From NCBI GenBank assembly GCA_051530055.1, contig CM121342.1, forward strand, positions 3,967,489-4,031,488: DNA of 64,000 nucleotides. The letters run 5' to 3'. The position numbers and the translations under genes are program-made. The notes under the pieces were generated by a model. That model saw only the letters and a program-made list of their open reading frames with translations, was not told the origin of the DNA and did no database searches. Numbering within the stretch: the stretch's first letter is position 1; each line of letters starts with the position of its first letter. This document shows, in pieces, positions 49,371 to 59,709 of this stretch. This stretch comes from Neoechinorhynchus agilis (taxonomy: Eukaryota; Animalia; Acanthocephala).

Positions 49371-50042
49371 ATGCCGAAATCTCGAAAAGACAAAAAGGTT
49401 TCGCTTACATCGGTCAAACGTAAGCAAGGAAGGCAAGTAAAACTGGATTTAATTTCAAAATTTCGTCAGATGATTGACAAATACGACCGTTTATTTGTAT
49501 TTTCACTTCATAATGAAAAGAATTCCGCTCTTAAAGAAGCGAGACTCAAGTGGCGTGACTCCGGTACGATTTTCTTGGGAAAGAATAAGGTTTTGCGAGT
49601 GGCACTTGGAAAAGACGACCGTTCTGCCTATCGGACTAATAGCCATCTCGTCTCCAGCCTCTTAGTAGGCAAGATTGGAATTCTAATGACAAATAAGACC
49701 GAATCCGAGGTCCTTGATTGGTTTAAAACATTCGGAGTTACTGGGTACGCGAGAGCTGGGGACGTTTGTCCACAAGATGTCACGATCTACAATGAAGACG
49801 TCTCGACATTCGGTTACGCTGCCGTTCCTCAACTTCGAAAACTTGGACTTGATGTTGAAATGGACAATGGCGTTGTTAAGCTTTCGAGAAATGAACAGCA
49901 AATATGCAAAAATGGGGATAAGCTTGCGCCAGAGCAGGCAAACCTTCTTGAAAGATTCGGATACCAACTTTCAAGATTCCACTTAAAAGCCTTGTGTCAA
50001 TGGGAAATTAAGAATGGTGGATTTATGTTGCTTGATGAATAA
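49371..50042 (+). CDS. MRT4: mRNA turnover protein 4 / ribosome assembly factor
   Basis: MPKSRKDKKVSLT...FLGKNKVLRVALGK...YARAGD...PQLRKLGL...ICKNGDKLAPEQANLL; single exon. Confidence 0.96.
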   Translation: MPKSRKDKKVSLTSVKRKQGRQVKLDLISKFRQMIDKYDRLFVFSLHNEKNSALKEARLKWRDSGTIFLGKNKVLRVALGKDDRSAYRTNSHLVSSLLVGKIGILMTNKTESEVLDWFKTFGVTGYARAGDVCPQDVTIYNEDVSTFGYAAVPQLRKLGLDVEMDNGVVKLSRNEQQICKNGDKLAPEQANLLERFGYQLSRFHLKALCQWEIKNGGFMLLDE

Positions 50043-50389
50043 ATCATTTGATCACTCGATTGGTTTGAGTACTTTTTAAAGCCATCTTCGATGATTTGTA
50101 GAAATCAATCGACATTTAACCAACTAAACAAAATGCGGTTGAATAAAGCGATTTTCGTCGAGATGATTAAATAAATTTGGTTTCAATCAACCCTAAGACC
50201 ACAATTTCTTTCACATATCGCTCCCTTTTCACACAAACACAACACCGTTTAATCCTCCTATATATCGCACATCTCCATGCTGCCCAATCTTCCCGGATAT
50301 CAGAACTTGAAATGAACCTGAGGAAAGACCAACCTTAAAAACGCTCCTGCAAACAGACCTTCCAACACAACCAGATATTCTCAAACGAA

Positions 50390-51095
50390 CGGACGCATCC
50401 TCACCCGAACAAACCGTCCCCGACTGGATAGTTTCAACCCGAATAGACATCCCTCCGACCAGATATTACCACCAGAACGGACTTCCAACAATCGAACGGA
50501 CACATCCTCACCCGAACAAACCGTCCCCGACTGGATAGTTCCAACCCGAATAGGCATCCCTCAGACCAGATATTACCTCCCGAACGGACATCCCTCGACT
50601 GTATATTCCCATATTAACGGATTAGGACCCAAAGGTACATGGTCCTCTTGACCTTTTGTATTTTCAACCACCAACCTTCCTAACCTGATTGGATATTTCC
50701 CCGCCCGACTGGACCTGTTATAAACGCCAAAATCAACTGCCACATTCATTAAAAAAAATCAGAACTCGAGTGTTCATTAGGACCCAAAGGAAAACATGTT
50801 ATTATAACATGCGAATGGGAAATCAGTCGACAATTTACCAACTGAACAAAATGCGATTGAGTAAACTGATTTTCGTCGACAAAGCCGTAAAATTCCGAAA
50901 TATCGGTCGATAATTAATTTGTTTCAACTGCTAATTCGGTTGGAAAATCAGTCGACATCTAACCAACTGAACAAAATGCGATTGAGTAAACTGATTTTCG
51001 TCGACAAAACAGTAAAATTCCGAAATATTCGGTCGATAATTAATTTGTTTCAGCCGCTAATTCGGTTGGGAAATCAGTCGACAATTGACCAACTG
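50390..51095. repeat. Two small two-copy tandem duplications (~115 bp at 50390-50600; ~125 bp at 50815-51095)
   Basis: catcctcacccgaacaaaccgtccccgactggatag occurs twice; aaatcagtcgaca...gcgattgagtaaactgattttcgtcgac occurs twice, with a diverged copy near 50100. Confidence 0.85.
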
Positions 51096-51506
51096 TTTGC
51101 AATAGCGCTTTTTAAGTCAAAGTGAAATTTTGCAAGATTGCCATCATTGATTACCGTTGATCACTTCGTGGAATAATCAAAAGCAAACTGAACAAAAGAA
51201 ACCAATGACTCACTTGATTACACATTCGTTTGCTTTTCGGCGTCCAACCAAGTGGATCCTTGTTGTGTTTCCCTTTTATTATAACATTTTGGAATCGGAA
51301 CCAAACAGACAGTCATGGCAATTCACATTCTGGATGTATCTCACGAATCTCAACGCCCCCATGCACTTGAATCTACTCATTTTACAGCCGAAAACAATGG
51401 GCCACTATTCTCGACCACGTACTTACATTCATTGAGTGGCATTCTCAATTCGATTGGATTAGTATGGAACCTAAAGCCAAAAACAATCTGTAAACTAATT
51501 ATTTAG

Positions 51507-52782
51507 GTATCTTGTTTCTTGGGATTGATATTCTCGATCTCCGATCGAGCATCGGAGCCTACAGTAAAACAACAACTCTTGATCTTGAAAGATCGTATAA
51601 AATTAATCCGATTTTGTCCGTTAATTTTTAAAGTAGACAAAAATTCTAATCTGACGAATACTTTTGTTTTTAATTTCTATTCTACTCGCAGAATCAATCA
51701 CGTCCCAACTACCGGTCGGTCGATATCGTGAGCATATTTTGAAAAATTCAATCTCGACACCTCATTCCACGTTTTTCCAGGGTTTTTATTCGTTCTATGA
51801 ACAAGTTTTCGCTTTCGAAAATGGACACTTGGGAGAAGACTGTTTTTGGGTATAAAGAAAATCTTTACTTTCGAGCTTTCGCTATCTTACAGCGTTCTTA
51901 GAGAATCTTTAAAGGCGTGGGGAAGTCGTAAAACGGCGAAAGCTCGTCCAAGTCGTCATTTAAAAACATTTAATAATGCGGCTAAAAAGTCAAGTATTTC
52001 ATAAGACCAATCAATGAATGTTTTTTTAATGAAATTTTGATTAATTCTACTCGCAGAATCAATCACGTCCCAGCTATCGCTCGATATCGTGAGCATATTT
52101 TGAAAAATTCAACAGGCCTTTGTTGTTTCCATTTACTTTGATTTGGCAAATGTGGTGGTCTCCAAGCGTTTCCTTCGTTCAGCGGCCTAATTCGTCGCTC
52201 ACAAACAGAATTCGTTTATATTCTACTATTTTTTAAATACACGGACTGTTTTGGTCTTTGACTGTTTTCAAACAATAACGAGAATTGTTGTTGAACAAGA
52301 AGTCGGATTTAACGAATTTGCTCCGAGTGTCAATTTCGCACTGGGTCGCAATTTATATCAAACATTTACAATAATCTCAATCATATTTCTATCACTGGCG
52401 ATATTAGTGAACACATTATCATTTAAATTGTGCATTAAACTTCAAAACCGACTAGATCCAAGAATCGTAAGTTCTTCGTGAATTTTCTAAGCTTTAAAAT
52501 CTGCATTTAAAGCATTCAATCGCTCTATTCGTTCTATCTTTGACAATGTTGACAGTTTCGGGATTAATGGTGGCAACAGAGGTTAAAAAAACGATGTATA
52601 TGGCATTTTTGTTTCCATACGCACCGAGTCTTTCCTGTGGATTGAATACAATGTCAAGCGTAAGAAATCGAATGAAGAAATCAAACTAAAAGATCGTTTA
52701 GTTTTTCGGATTTGTCGCAACGTTCGTAATGTTCCAACAAGCTCTTGTCATATTTAAAAAGTATATTAAAAGTCCAAAATAA
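51507..52782 (+). CDS. Putative multi-exon multi-pass membrane protein (transporter-like)
   Basis: Hydrophobic in-frame exons with GT-AG ends: ...IISIIFLSLAILVNTLSF...LDPRI|HSIALFVLSLTMLTVSGLMV...|FFGFVATFVMFQQALVIFKK-stop. The 5' structure is unresolved. Confidence 0.4.
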
Positions 52783-53049
52783 ATCTTGCATTAGAACACA
52801 TTCTGACATCTTTTTGATTCCTTTATACTTTTGAATCATAGAATCACTAATCATCATTCAAATTTTCCCCCGAAAAAATGATAAAATATAAATCTTTTGC
52901 TCTAAAAACAAGAATACATTCATGGTCTCTAACATCGAAGAGTGCAATAAATTAAATCGCGAAACAATCCTATGGGCTCTAAACCACAAAATATTCAATT
53001 TTTAGCAAGCTTATTTTTCCGAATTCTGGTTTATTTGTGTTTACGAATC

Positions 53050-54070
53050 ATCATACAAAAATTCATGATTACAACAAAGTTCTCTTTTGTTTATGCGTTC
53101 GGAAATTTTATAATTTTTTTTGAGAAAGTTCAATCGCCCACAATGGCGATGAAGGATAATTTTCGTCTAAAGAAACTCATCCGCGAGTGTTTTAAGTATC
53201 TTAGAGAAAGGTCACAAAGTCGCTGTTGAAAACGTTTGAGAAATTCTAAAAGTCGATTTTCCGAGTACAAAAATTCATGATTACAACAAAGTTCTCTTTT
53301 GTTTATGCGTTCGGAAACCTGGTTATTTTTTTGAGTGTTCAATCGCCCAGAATGGCGATGAAGGATAATTTTCGTCTAAAGAAACTCATCCGCGAGTGTT
53401 TTAAGTATCTTAGAGAAAGGTATCAAAGTCGCTGTTGAAAACGTTCGAGAAATTCTAAAAGTCGATTTTCCGAGTACAAAAATTCATGATTACAACAAAG
53501 TTCTCTTTTGTTTATGCGTTCGGAAACTGGTTATTTTTTTGAGTGTTCAATCGCCCAGAATGGCGATGAAGGATAATTTTCGTCTAAAGAAACTCATCCG
53601 CGAGTGTTTTAAGTATCTTAGAGAAAGGTATCAAAGTCGCTGTTGAAAACGTTTGAGAAATTCTAAAAGTCGATTTTCCGAGTACAAAAATTCATGATTA
53701 CAACAAAGTTCTCTTTTGTTTATGCGTTCGGAAACCTGGTTATTTTTTTGAGAAAGTTCAATCGCCCAGAATGGCGATGAAGGATAATTTTCGTCTAAAG
53801 AAACTCATCCGCGAGTGTTTTAAGTATCTTAGAGAAAGGTATCAAAGTCGCTGTTGAAAACGTTTGAGAAATTCTAAAAGTCGATTTTCCGAGTACAAAA
53901 ATTAATGATTACAACAAAGTTCTCTTTGGTTTACGCGTTGGGAAAGTTGAAAAATAATGCAGTGTTCAATCGTACCTTAATCCCAAATAGTGATAGAGAA
54001 TAATTTTCGTCTAAAGAAACTCATGCACGATTGTTTACGGAGTCGCTGTTGAAAACGTTTGAGAAATGAA
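53050..54070. repeat. Tandem array, ~210-bp unit, ~4.7 copies
   Basis: ttcatgattacaacaaagttctc at 53062, 53274, 53483, 53691 and 53902. Confidence 0.93.
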
Positions 54071-54272
54071 TTAATCTAAAAGTCGATCGGATTCTAGCCA
54101 ACAAGCCCGAAATTCAAACACGCCCATTGTAAATGTTGCGTATCAGTTAAAAATCCATTGAACGCGTTGTTTAAAGTACCGTAGGACGGCAATTAGCCGG
54201 GCGCATTAAAAAAAGCTCATTCCATTTAAAAAAAGAATTTCAACATCTTGTATCAATCTTCATAATCTTCGA

Positions 54273-55046
54273 ATGAACCATTCATACCGGAAACGAAAAC
54301 AACTAATCGAAATGGTAAAGCTTCACGGGAACGACATTTACCGCCGTACGGATGCGGTAATGGTTCTCGTTCATTTCGTATTGTCCACAATGGGCTTCAA
54401 AGCCACCGATGAAAACGGAAATCATATTAAGAAATTGCCAAAATACGCCTGGCCGATCAACGGAAGCGAACGTGGCACAATGTACGCGATTCGGTATAAA
54501 TATTTCGATCAAAACTATGACATCCAAGCAGTTCCTCTACTTCTGACACACGATATGTGGATCCATCCTGATAGCGACCTGGTGATTTATATGATTAGAG
54601 CATCTGATGATTATTGCCAAGCTCTCTACTTAAAAACTGACGACTATGTAACAGAAAATCTACACGACATCAGTAGACTAATTTGTGCATCTGAGCTAAG
54701 CCTTTTTGAGATTTGCTTTTTCTTCTACGATTGCCTATTGCGTCCAGCTTTGGATCTCGAAACTGGCGAACCTGTACGTCAACATTCTTCAATTCTGGAT
54801 GATTCGATGTTTTCCCTTGATGTGATTACTGAACATTCATTGGACGAGTTTCCTCGATTGCGATCGCCCGACAGACGAACCGTTCGCCGATTGAAACTCT
54901 TTGAACATTTGGATTTTATTTCGTACGTGGAATTAATTGAACTATTGAACGAAGAAGGCGCAGTTGTGTTCCAAGCAAATCAACATTCCTTTTTAAATTA
55001 CGTTTTAAAAAAAATAGGGAATTCAGCACACCAAAAGGATTGCTAA
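54273..55046 (+). CDS. PI31/Fbxo7 (FP)-domain-like protein, paralogue B
   Basis: TDAVMVLVHFVLSTMGF...LPKYAWP...MYAIRY; shares a C-terminal (E/N)GA.VF motif with 44112. Confidence 0.62.
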   Translation: MNHSYRKRKQLIEMVKLHGNDIYRRTDAVMVLVHFVLSTMGFKATDENGNHIKKLPKYAWPINGSERGTMYAIRYKYFDQNYDIQAVPLLLTHDMWIHPDSDLVIYMIRASDDYCQALYLKTDDYVTENLHDISRLICASELSLFEICFFFYDCLLRPALDLETGEPVRQHSSILDDSMFSLDVITEHSLDEFPRLRSPDRRTVRRLKLFEHLDFISYVELIELLNEEGAVVFQANQHSFLNYVLKKIGNSAHQKDC

Positions 55047-55379
55047 CAACAATAGATCACATTATTGTTGTGCTCAAGTTTTAGCTAAATAAAACTTAGG
55101 AATGAACAAAAGTTGAAGAGCTGGAGATTCTGAGTGAAGTGCAAACCATCGAACATTCTCCTTTCAATAGAAAAAAAGTTCGCCGAAAACCTTACAATAG
55201 CACGTTTTATTGATAAAAGTAAAGGAACCATGTCCTCCCCCTGGGTCTTAATGAACATTTGAACCAAATGATAAGTTAAATGAATGTGGCTGTTTATTCT
55301 GGAGTGGATAACGAGTCCCGTCGGGCCCGGTCTAATGGGGGGGAAAGTTGGTGATTATTGTTTGTAAAAGAGTTTGTGA

Positions 55380-56270
55380 GGTTGGCTATTTCTTAAGGTT
55401 CATTTCGGGTGATGATATCCGATAGAAGATTGGGTAGCAAGGAAAAAGGAGCGTTGGTATAGGGAGGTTCGAGGTCGATGAAGGGTTGCGCTCGTGTGAA
55501 AATGGGAGGGAGGAGGGTAAAATAAAGCTGAAGTAAAATTTGTAGAGATCGGGTTAAGGGATTCCTAAATGTCGGAAGCGTCTGAGGAGATAAATTTTAA
55601 AGGTGTTGAGCTCGAGGGAGAGAGTGATGTGCAAGTCCCATTTCAAATTCGGTCGAAATTAGAGACCCAGAATTCTGAGGGAGGTGACTTGTTGGATGTC
55701 ATTTGGCAGCCCGAAGTAGGATGTGGGGTTGCGGGAGATTGAGGATATCATCCCGAAGCATTTAAAGTAGTTCAAGTGGAATTTGTGATTGGTGCAGAAA
55801 TCTTTTATATGTGAATGGTTTCTTTAGAGGTTAAGTAAAAATTGTGGTTCCAAGACCCAGTTTGGGATTGACGAAACTAAGGGGCATATTAAGGAGTTGA
55901 CTGAAGTGTAAGTTGCGGGAATGATAGTTTGTGTCAAGTCTAAAATGAGGCAATGATTGTAATTTCAGTCAGGACAAAGGTTCTGATTGATGGAGTTTAG
56001 AACCTGTTTTAATTCAGTGGAGGTCAAATTAGGAAGGAATCAGGATTCGCGTAGATCAATAGAGTCCTTGACGGCCAACCACAATGTTGAATTGCAACCT
56101 GAACGAATTTTAGAGGAAAGGAAGTTTTTGCGGGCAGTAAGTATTTTGTGCGATGGTGTTTTTGTAAACGGGGTAAGTCAGGAGATTTATATCGATGGGA
56201 AAGATAGGGGTTATCCATGGTGGGTCAAAGTCGGAAATCACAGAATTGAATAATTTAATAAAATTCTAGA
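55380..56270 (-). mobile_element. Internally deleted, inverted copy of the CR1/Jockey-like element at 38.5-40.4 kb
   Basis: The ORF at 55987 (MMEFRTCFNSVEVKLGRNQDS) matches the ORF at 38755; 55400-55830 matches the reverse complement of ~39830-40290. Confidence 0.85.
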
Positions 56271-56281
56271 ATTATTGAAGT

Positions 56282-56331
56282 TTTTATTGAAGACGTTTCG
56301 ACCTTCGTTGGATTCATCATCAGTTCTAAAA
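56282..56331 (-). ncRNA. Minimal type I hammerhead ribozyme of Penelope-like element type
   Basis: Minus strand ttttagaa-CTGATGA-t-gaatccaacgaaggtc-GAAA-cGTC-ttcaataaaa: core CUGAUGA/GAAA, GUC site, palindromic ACGU in place of helix III, directly downstream of a GIY-YIG fragment. Confidence 0.7.
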
Positions 56332-56334
56332 TAC

Positions 56335-56600
56335 AAGTGGTTAAATGGTTATTCCGCTCTCGTTGCGTTCACTTGCTAAAACCATTGTTTGGTCAGAGTT
56401 GACCACTATGCAGTTTGCAACTCGTTCAACGGTATATTCGATGCTACCACCTTTTGAGTCTCGGACTGTTTATGTTCTGCCAATCTCGTCTTCAGATTCG
56501 GACCGGTTTGTCCAACGTAATTCCTGTTTCATTGACCATTAGAAACTTTGTAAACAACAACCCTTTTTCTAATTCCTGGTATTTCCGGGAGAAATGAGGT
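56335..56600 (-). mobile_element. Penelope-like GIY-YIG endonuclease remnant
   Basis: VVVYKVSNGQ*NRNYVGQTGPNLKTRLAEH; not in the ORF track. Confidence 0.8.
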
Positions 56601-57244
56601 ATCCTATCAGCATTGAAGGTTGAAAATAAAATTGGCATTTTATTGGTAGACCGCTGTTCTTCACAATCCTTGAAATTTTGTCATTAGAGCTACGAAGACC
56701 AATAAATGCAATTTTAAGAATTTTATGCCAGAATAGAACTACGCGACTTTAGTGGAATGAAAGACCGTTACTATCACTTAATAAAATAGAATTTTTCAGA
56801 ATTCAGAGAAATAAAAATTAAAAACGTAGTTTATTCAAAAAAATCATTGGAATAAAATATTTTAAACCTCAGTAACAATTTTTACGTTAAAATCAATAGC
56901 ATCTATAATCGCCGAGGATTCTAAAAAATCCACATCAGTAATATCCGTCATATTTGAGGATCTAATCAATCATCAAGCGAAAATCTTTCAGGGTGACAGT
57001 GATGTGTTAATCCCGGATAGGAAATGTTTTATTGAAGATATTACGCGAGAAGTCTCGGATAATCGGTCATCCAAAACATTTTGTCTGAAGATTGAATTGT
57101 TCATGTTTTTTTAATTTTTGTGATTTTCTCAGTTCTGCTCCGTGAAACATTTTAAATAATATACAAATTTGCTAATTTTTAATTCAATAAAATTACCAGG
57201 TTCTTTGGTATCTTAATTATTTGTTTAATTTGTTGTCTTCAAAT

Positions 57245-58765
57245 GTTATGTTTGTTCGGCAGCTTCCTTGATGGCCGCGGTATTGCCGCGTGGGATCGCC
57301 GCGCTGATTCGCCGCAGCAGGAAGCTGATGGATCGCATATCGCCGGTGGCATGTTTTAGCATCCCTACCAGTCGGGAAAAAGGAAATAATCGGCTTCTTT
57401 TCCGAGACATCCCAGTGTTTCAACCGCAATCGGGATGAAAATATATTGATGCCCATCGAGCGATTCCTCGCTGAAGCTGGGCATCCCGTAAGTGGGATGT
57501 TGCGAGCGTGTTGGGGCAGGTAAAATCCCAAACGAGTATTTTCCCGGAGCACCATGGAAGGGCTCCATCGGGGCGTTTACCGTCGTTCCGGGAGAGTCCG
57601 ACTGGTTCGAGTCGAGCTGGAAAAACGGCCGTTGAGAGGGCTTTCTTTGAGTGGCGAGCAGTTGAACGCTTGTAGTCAAGGCCGTGAGTTCCCGTTCACT
57701 GTCTCACCGCACCGACACGTATTTGAGCCTGAGAATTCGATGCCCAAACGAAGTCCCGCAGCTACGGTGGTGGCCTGGTCATCCAGGCCAACAGCCGTGA
57801 TCGGGAAAGCCTTCAAGAAGTCGCTGGAGTGTGGAGCTGAGACTGCCAGGAGACGAGCTCTATCGTTGGGAGATGAGCATGAGTTGAGAAGCTGCTGATA
57901 ATATGCAGTGTGGAGCAAGGCAGTGCAACGTTTTTGGGAGTTTGTTTCCGTTGGAACGGCATGCCCAAACACTGATGTCCATGGAAGGTGCGTTTCAATC
58001 AGTTCAGGCCGTGGATGTGACTCGTGTCGAGTGTGTGGTGGGATGATTCTCAGCACCAGGTCTGAAGAGACCGAGATCGACGACGAAAAGGCAGGAATTG
58101 CTACTTCGGTGGCACTCTGGATGCCAAGACCGCCGAATCGAATGGGAAGGATCGCCTGTTTCCATGCTGTGTCGGACAGTCGTAGGTCAAGGACTTCTGA
58201 CAGGGTTGATCGAACGCAGTTGTCGAAATCCCTGGTGAGCACTGACTTGAAGCATGGAGAAGTCCTCAGAAGGTACGCAATCTTCGGTAGCGACAGACAT
58301 CGTGATAATATGAACAGAGCGTCGTGTCGAGCGATGTGCAAGAGCCTGGAGGCAGTGAGCCGCAATTGATCGATGGCTTTTGAAAGGAACGTTTCCAGGT
58401 TAGACAGGTTACCGATTGGAGACCCGAGAATGTCAGCTGAGTTGATTGCAGTTGTCTTTGCTCCGGGTAGTATGATGAGCAGTCTCGATGCATCCTCTTG
58501 GTCGTCCGAAATGATTTCGCATTTGTCCGTTCTCAGGAATAGTCCGATATCGGCACCCATTTCGGAGATGTTTTTGATGTCGCGAATGAGCTGGTCGATC
58601 TCCCCTCCAATGCAACAGTCGTCGAGGTACCAGATCGACAAATCTGACGAAGAGCTGTGGGCAAGATGATTGATCGTCAATGCGAACAGCAGAGGACCTA
58701 GAGGATCAACTTGTTGAACACCCTCTGCTGATTCGACCTGGGACTCGCCAAACAGCAGCATGCTG
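57245..58765 (-). mobile_element. 5'-truncated CRE-clade non-LTR retrotransposon (RT, zinc knuckle, REL endonuclease)
   Basis: SAEGVQQVDPLGPLLF, WYLDD, LPIRFGGLG, CRCGE, KRPDG, FIPIAVETLG; RT frame open for 361 aa, downstream frameshifts. Confidence 0.92.
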
Positions 58766-58832
58766 GACTAGTCGGCAAAAGATATCGAATTCCATCTTCA
58801 GCAAAACTTGTATTGATTTCTTTCGGTAAAGG

Positions 58833-59680
58833 GAGTTTGAGCGCTAAAAGCTCTTTTTTCTGCGCTGGCTATTCTTTAGTTTCTTTTTGGAGGGGAAAAT
58901 CGGAAAATGGTTGAAGTTCGAACGTGTCCATGGCTCGGTATTTGACTTTTTTCTAAGGCGATGGATTTGTTTATTCCGTCCTCTAAATTCGGGTTTTTCT
59001 CGTGGAGTTTGAGCGCTAAAAGCTCTTTTTTCTGCGCTGGCTATTCTTTAGTTTCTTTTTGGAGGGGAAAATCGGAAAATGGTTGAAGTTCGAACGTGTC
59101 CATGGCTCGGTATTTGACTTTTTTCTAAAACGATGGACTCGTTTATTCCGTCGTATGAGTTCCCGGTTTTTTCCCGTAGAGTTTGAGCGCTAAAAGCTCT
59201 TTTTTCTGCGCTGGCTATTCTTTAGTTTCTTTTTGGAGGGGAAAATCGGAAAATGGTTGAAGTTCGAACGTGTCCATGGCTCGGTATTTGACTTTTTTCT
59301 AAGGCGATGGATTTGTTTATTCCGTCCTCTAAATTCCGGGTTTTTCTCGTGGAGTTTGAGCGCTAAAAGCTCTTTTTTCTGCGCTGGCTATTCTTTAGTT
59401 TCTTTTTGGAGGGGAAAATCGGAAAATGGTTGAAGTTCGAACGTGTCCATGGCTCGGTATTTGACTTTTTTCTAAAACGATGGACTCGTTTATTCCGTCG
59501 TATGAGTTCCCGGTTTTTCCCGTAGAGTTTGAGCGCTAAAAGCTCTTTTTTCTGCGCTGGCTATTCTTTAGTTTCTTTTTGGAGGGGAAAATCGGAAAAT
59601 GGTTGAAGTTCGAACGTGTCCATGGCTCGGTATTTGACTTTTTTCTAAAACGATGGATTCGTTTATTCCGTCTTTAATCG
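58833..59680. repeat. ~173-bp tandem array (~4.9 copies, alternating A/B variants) ending just upstream of DDB1
   Basis: gagtttgagcgctaaaagctc at 58833, 59005, 59179, 59352 and 59525. Confidence 0.93.
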
Positions 59681-59709
59681 CGATTGATTTTTTTCAAATT
59701 CCAATAAAG

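Noticed and set aside
56525-56545. In-frame TGA at a Cys position as selenocysteine
   Set aside because: It lies in a decayed GIY-YIG remnant; a simple nonsense mutation is more likely and no SECIS was seen.
59653-59709. DDB1 start at the ORF-track ATG (MDSFIP)
   Set aside because: That ATG is part of the repeat unit; similarity to DDB1 begins at 59710.
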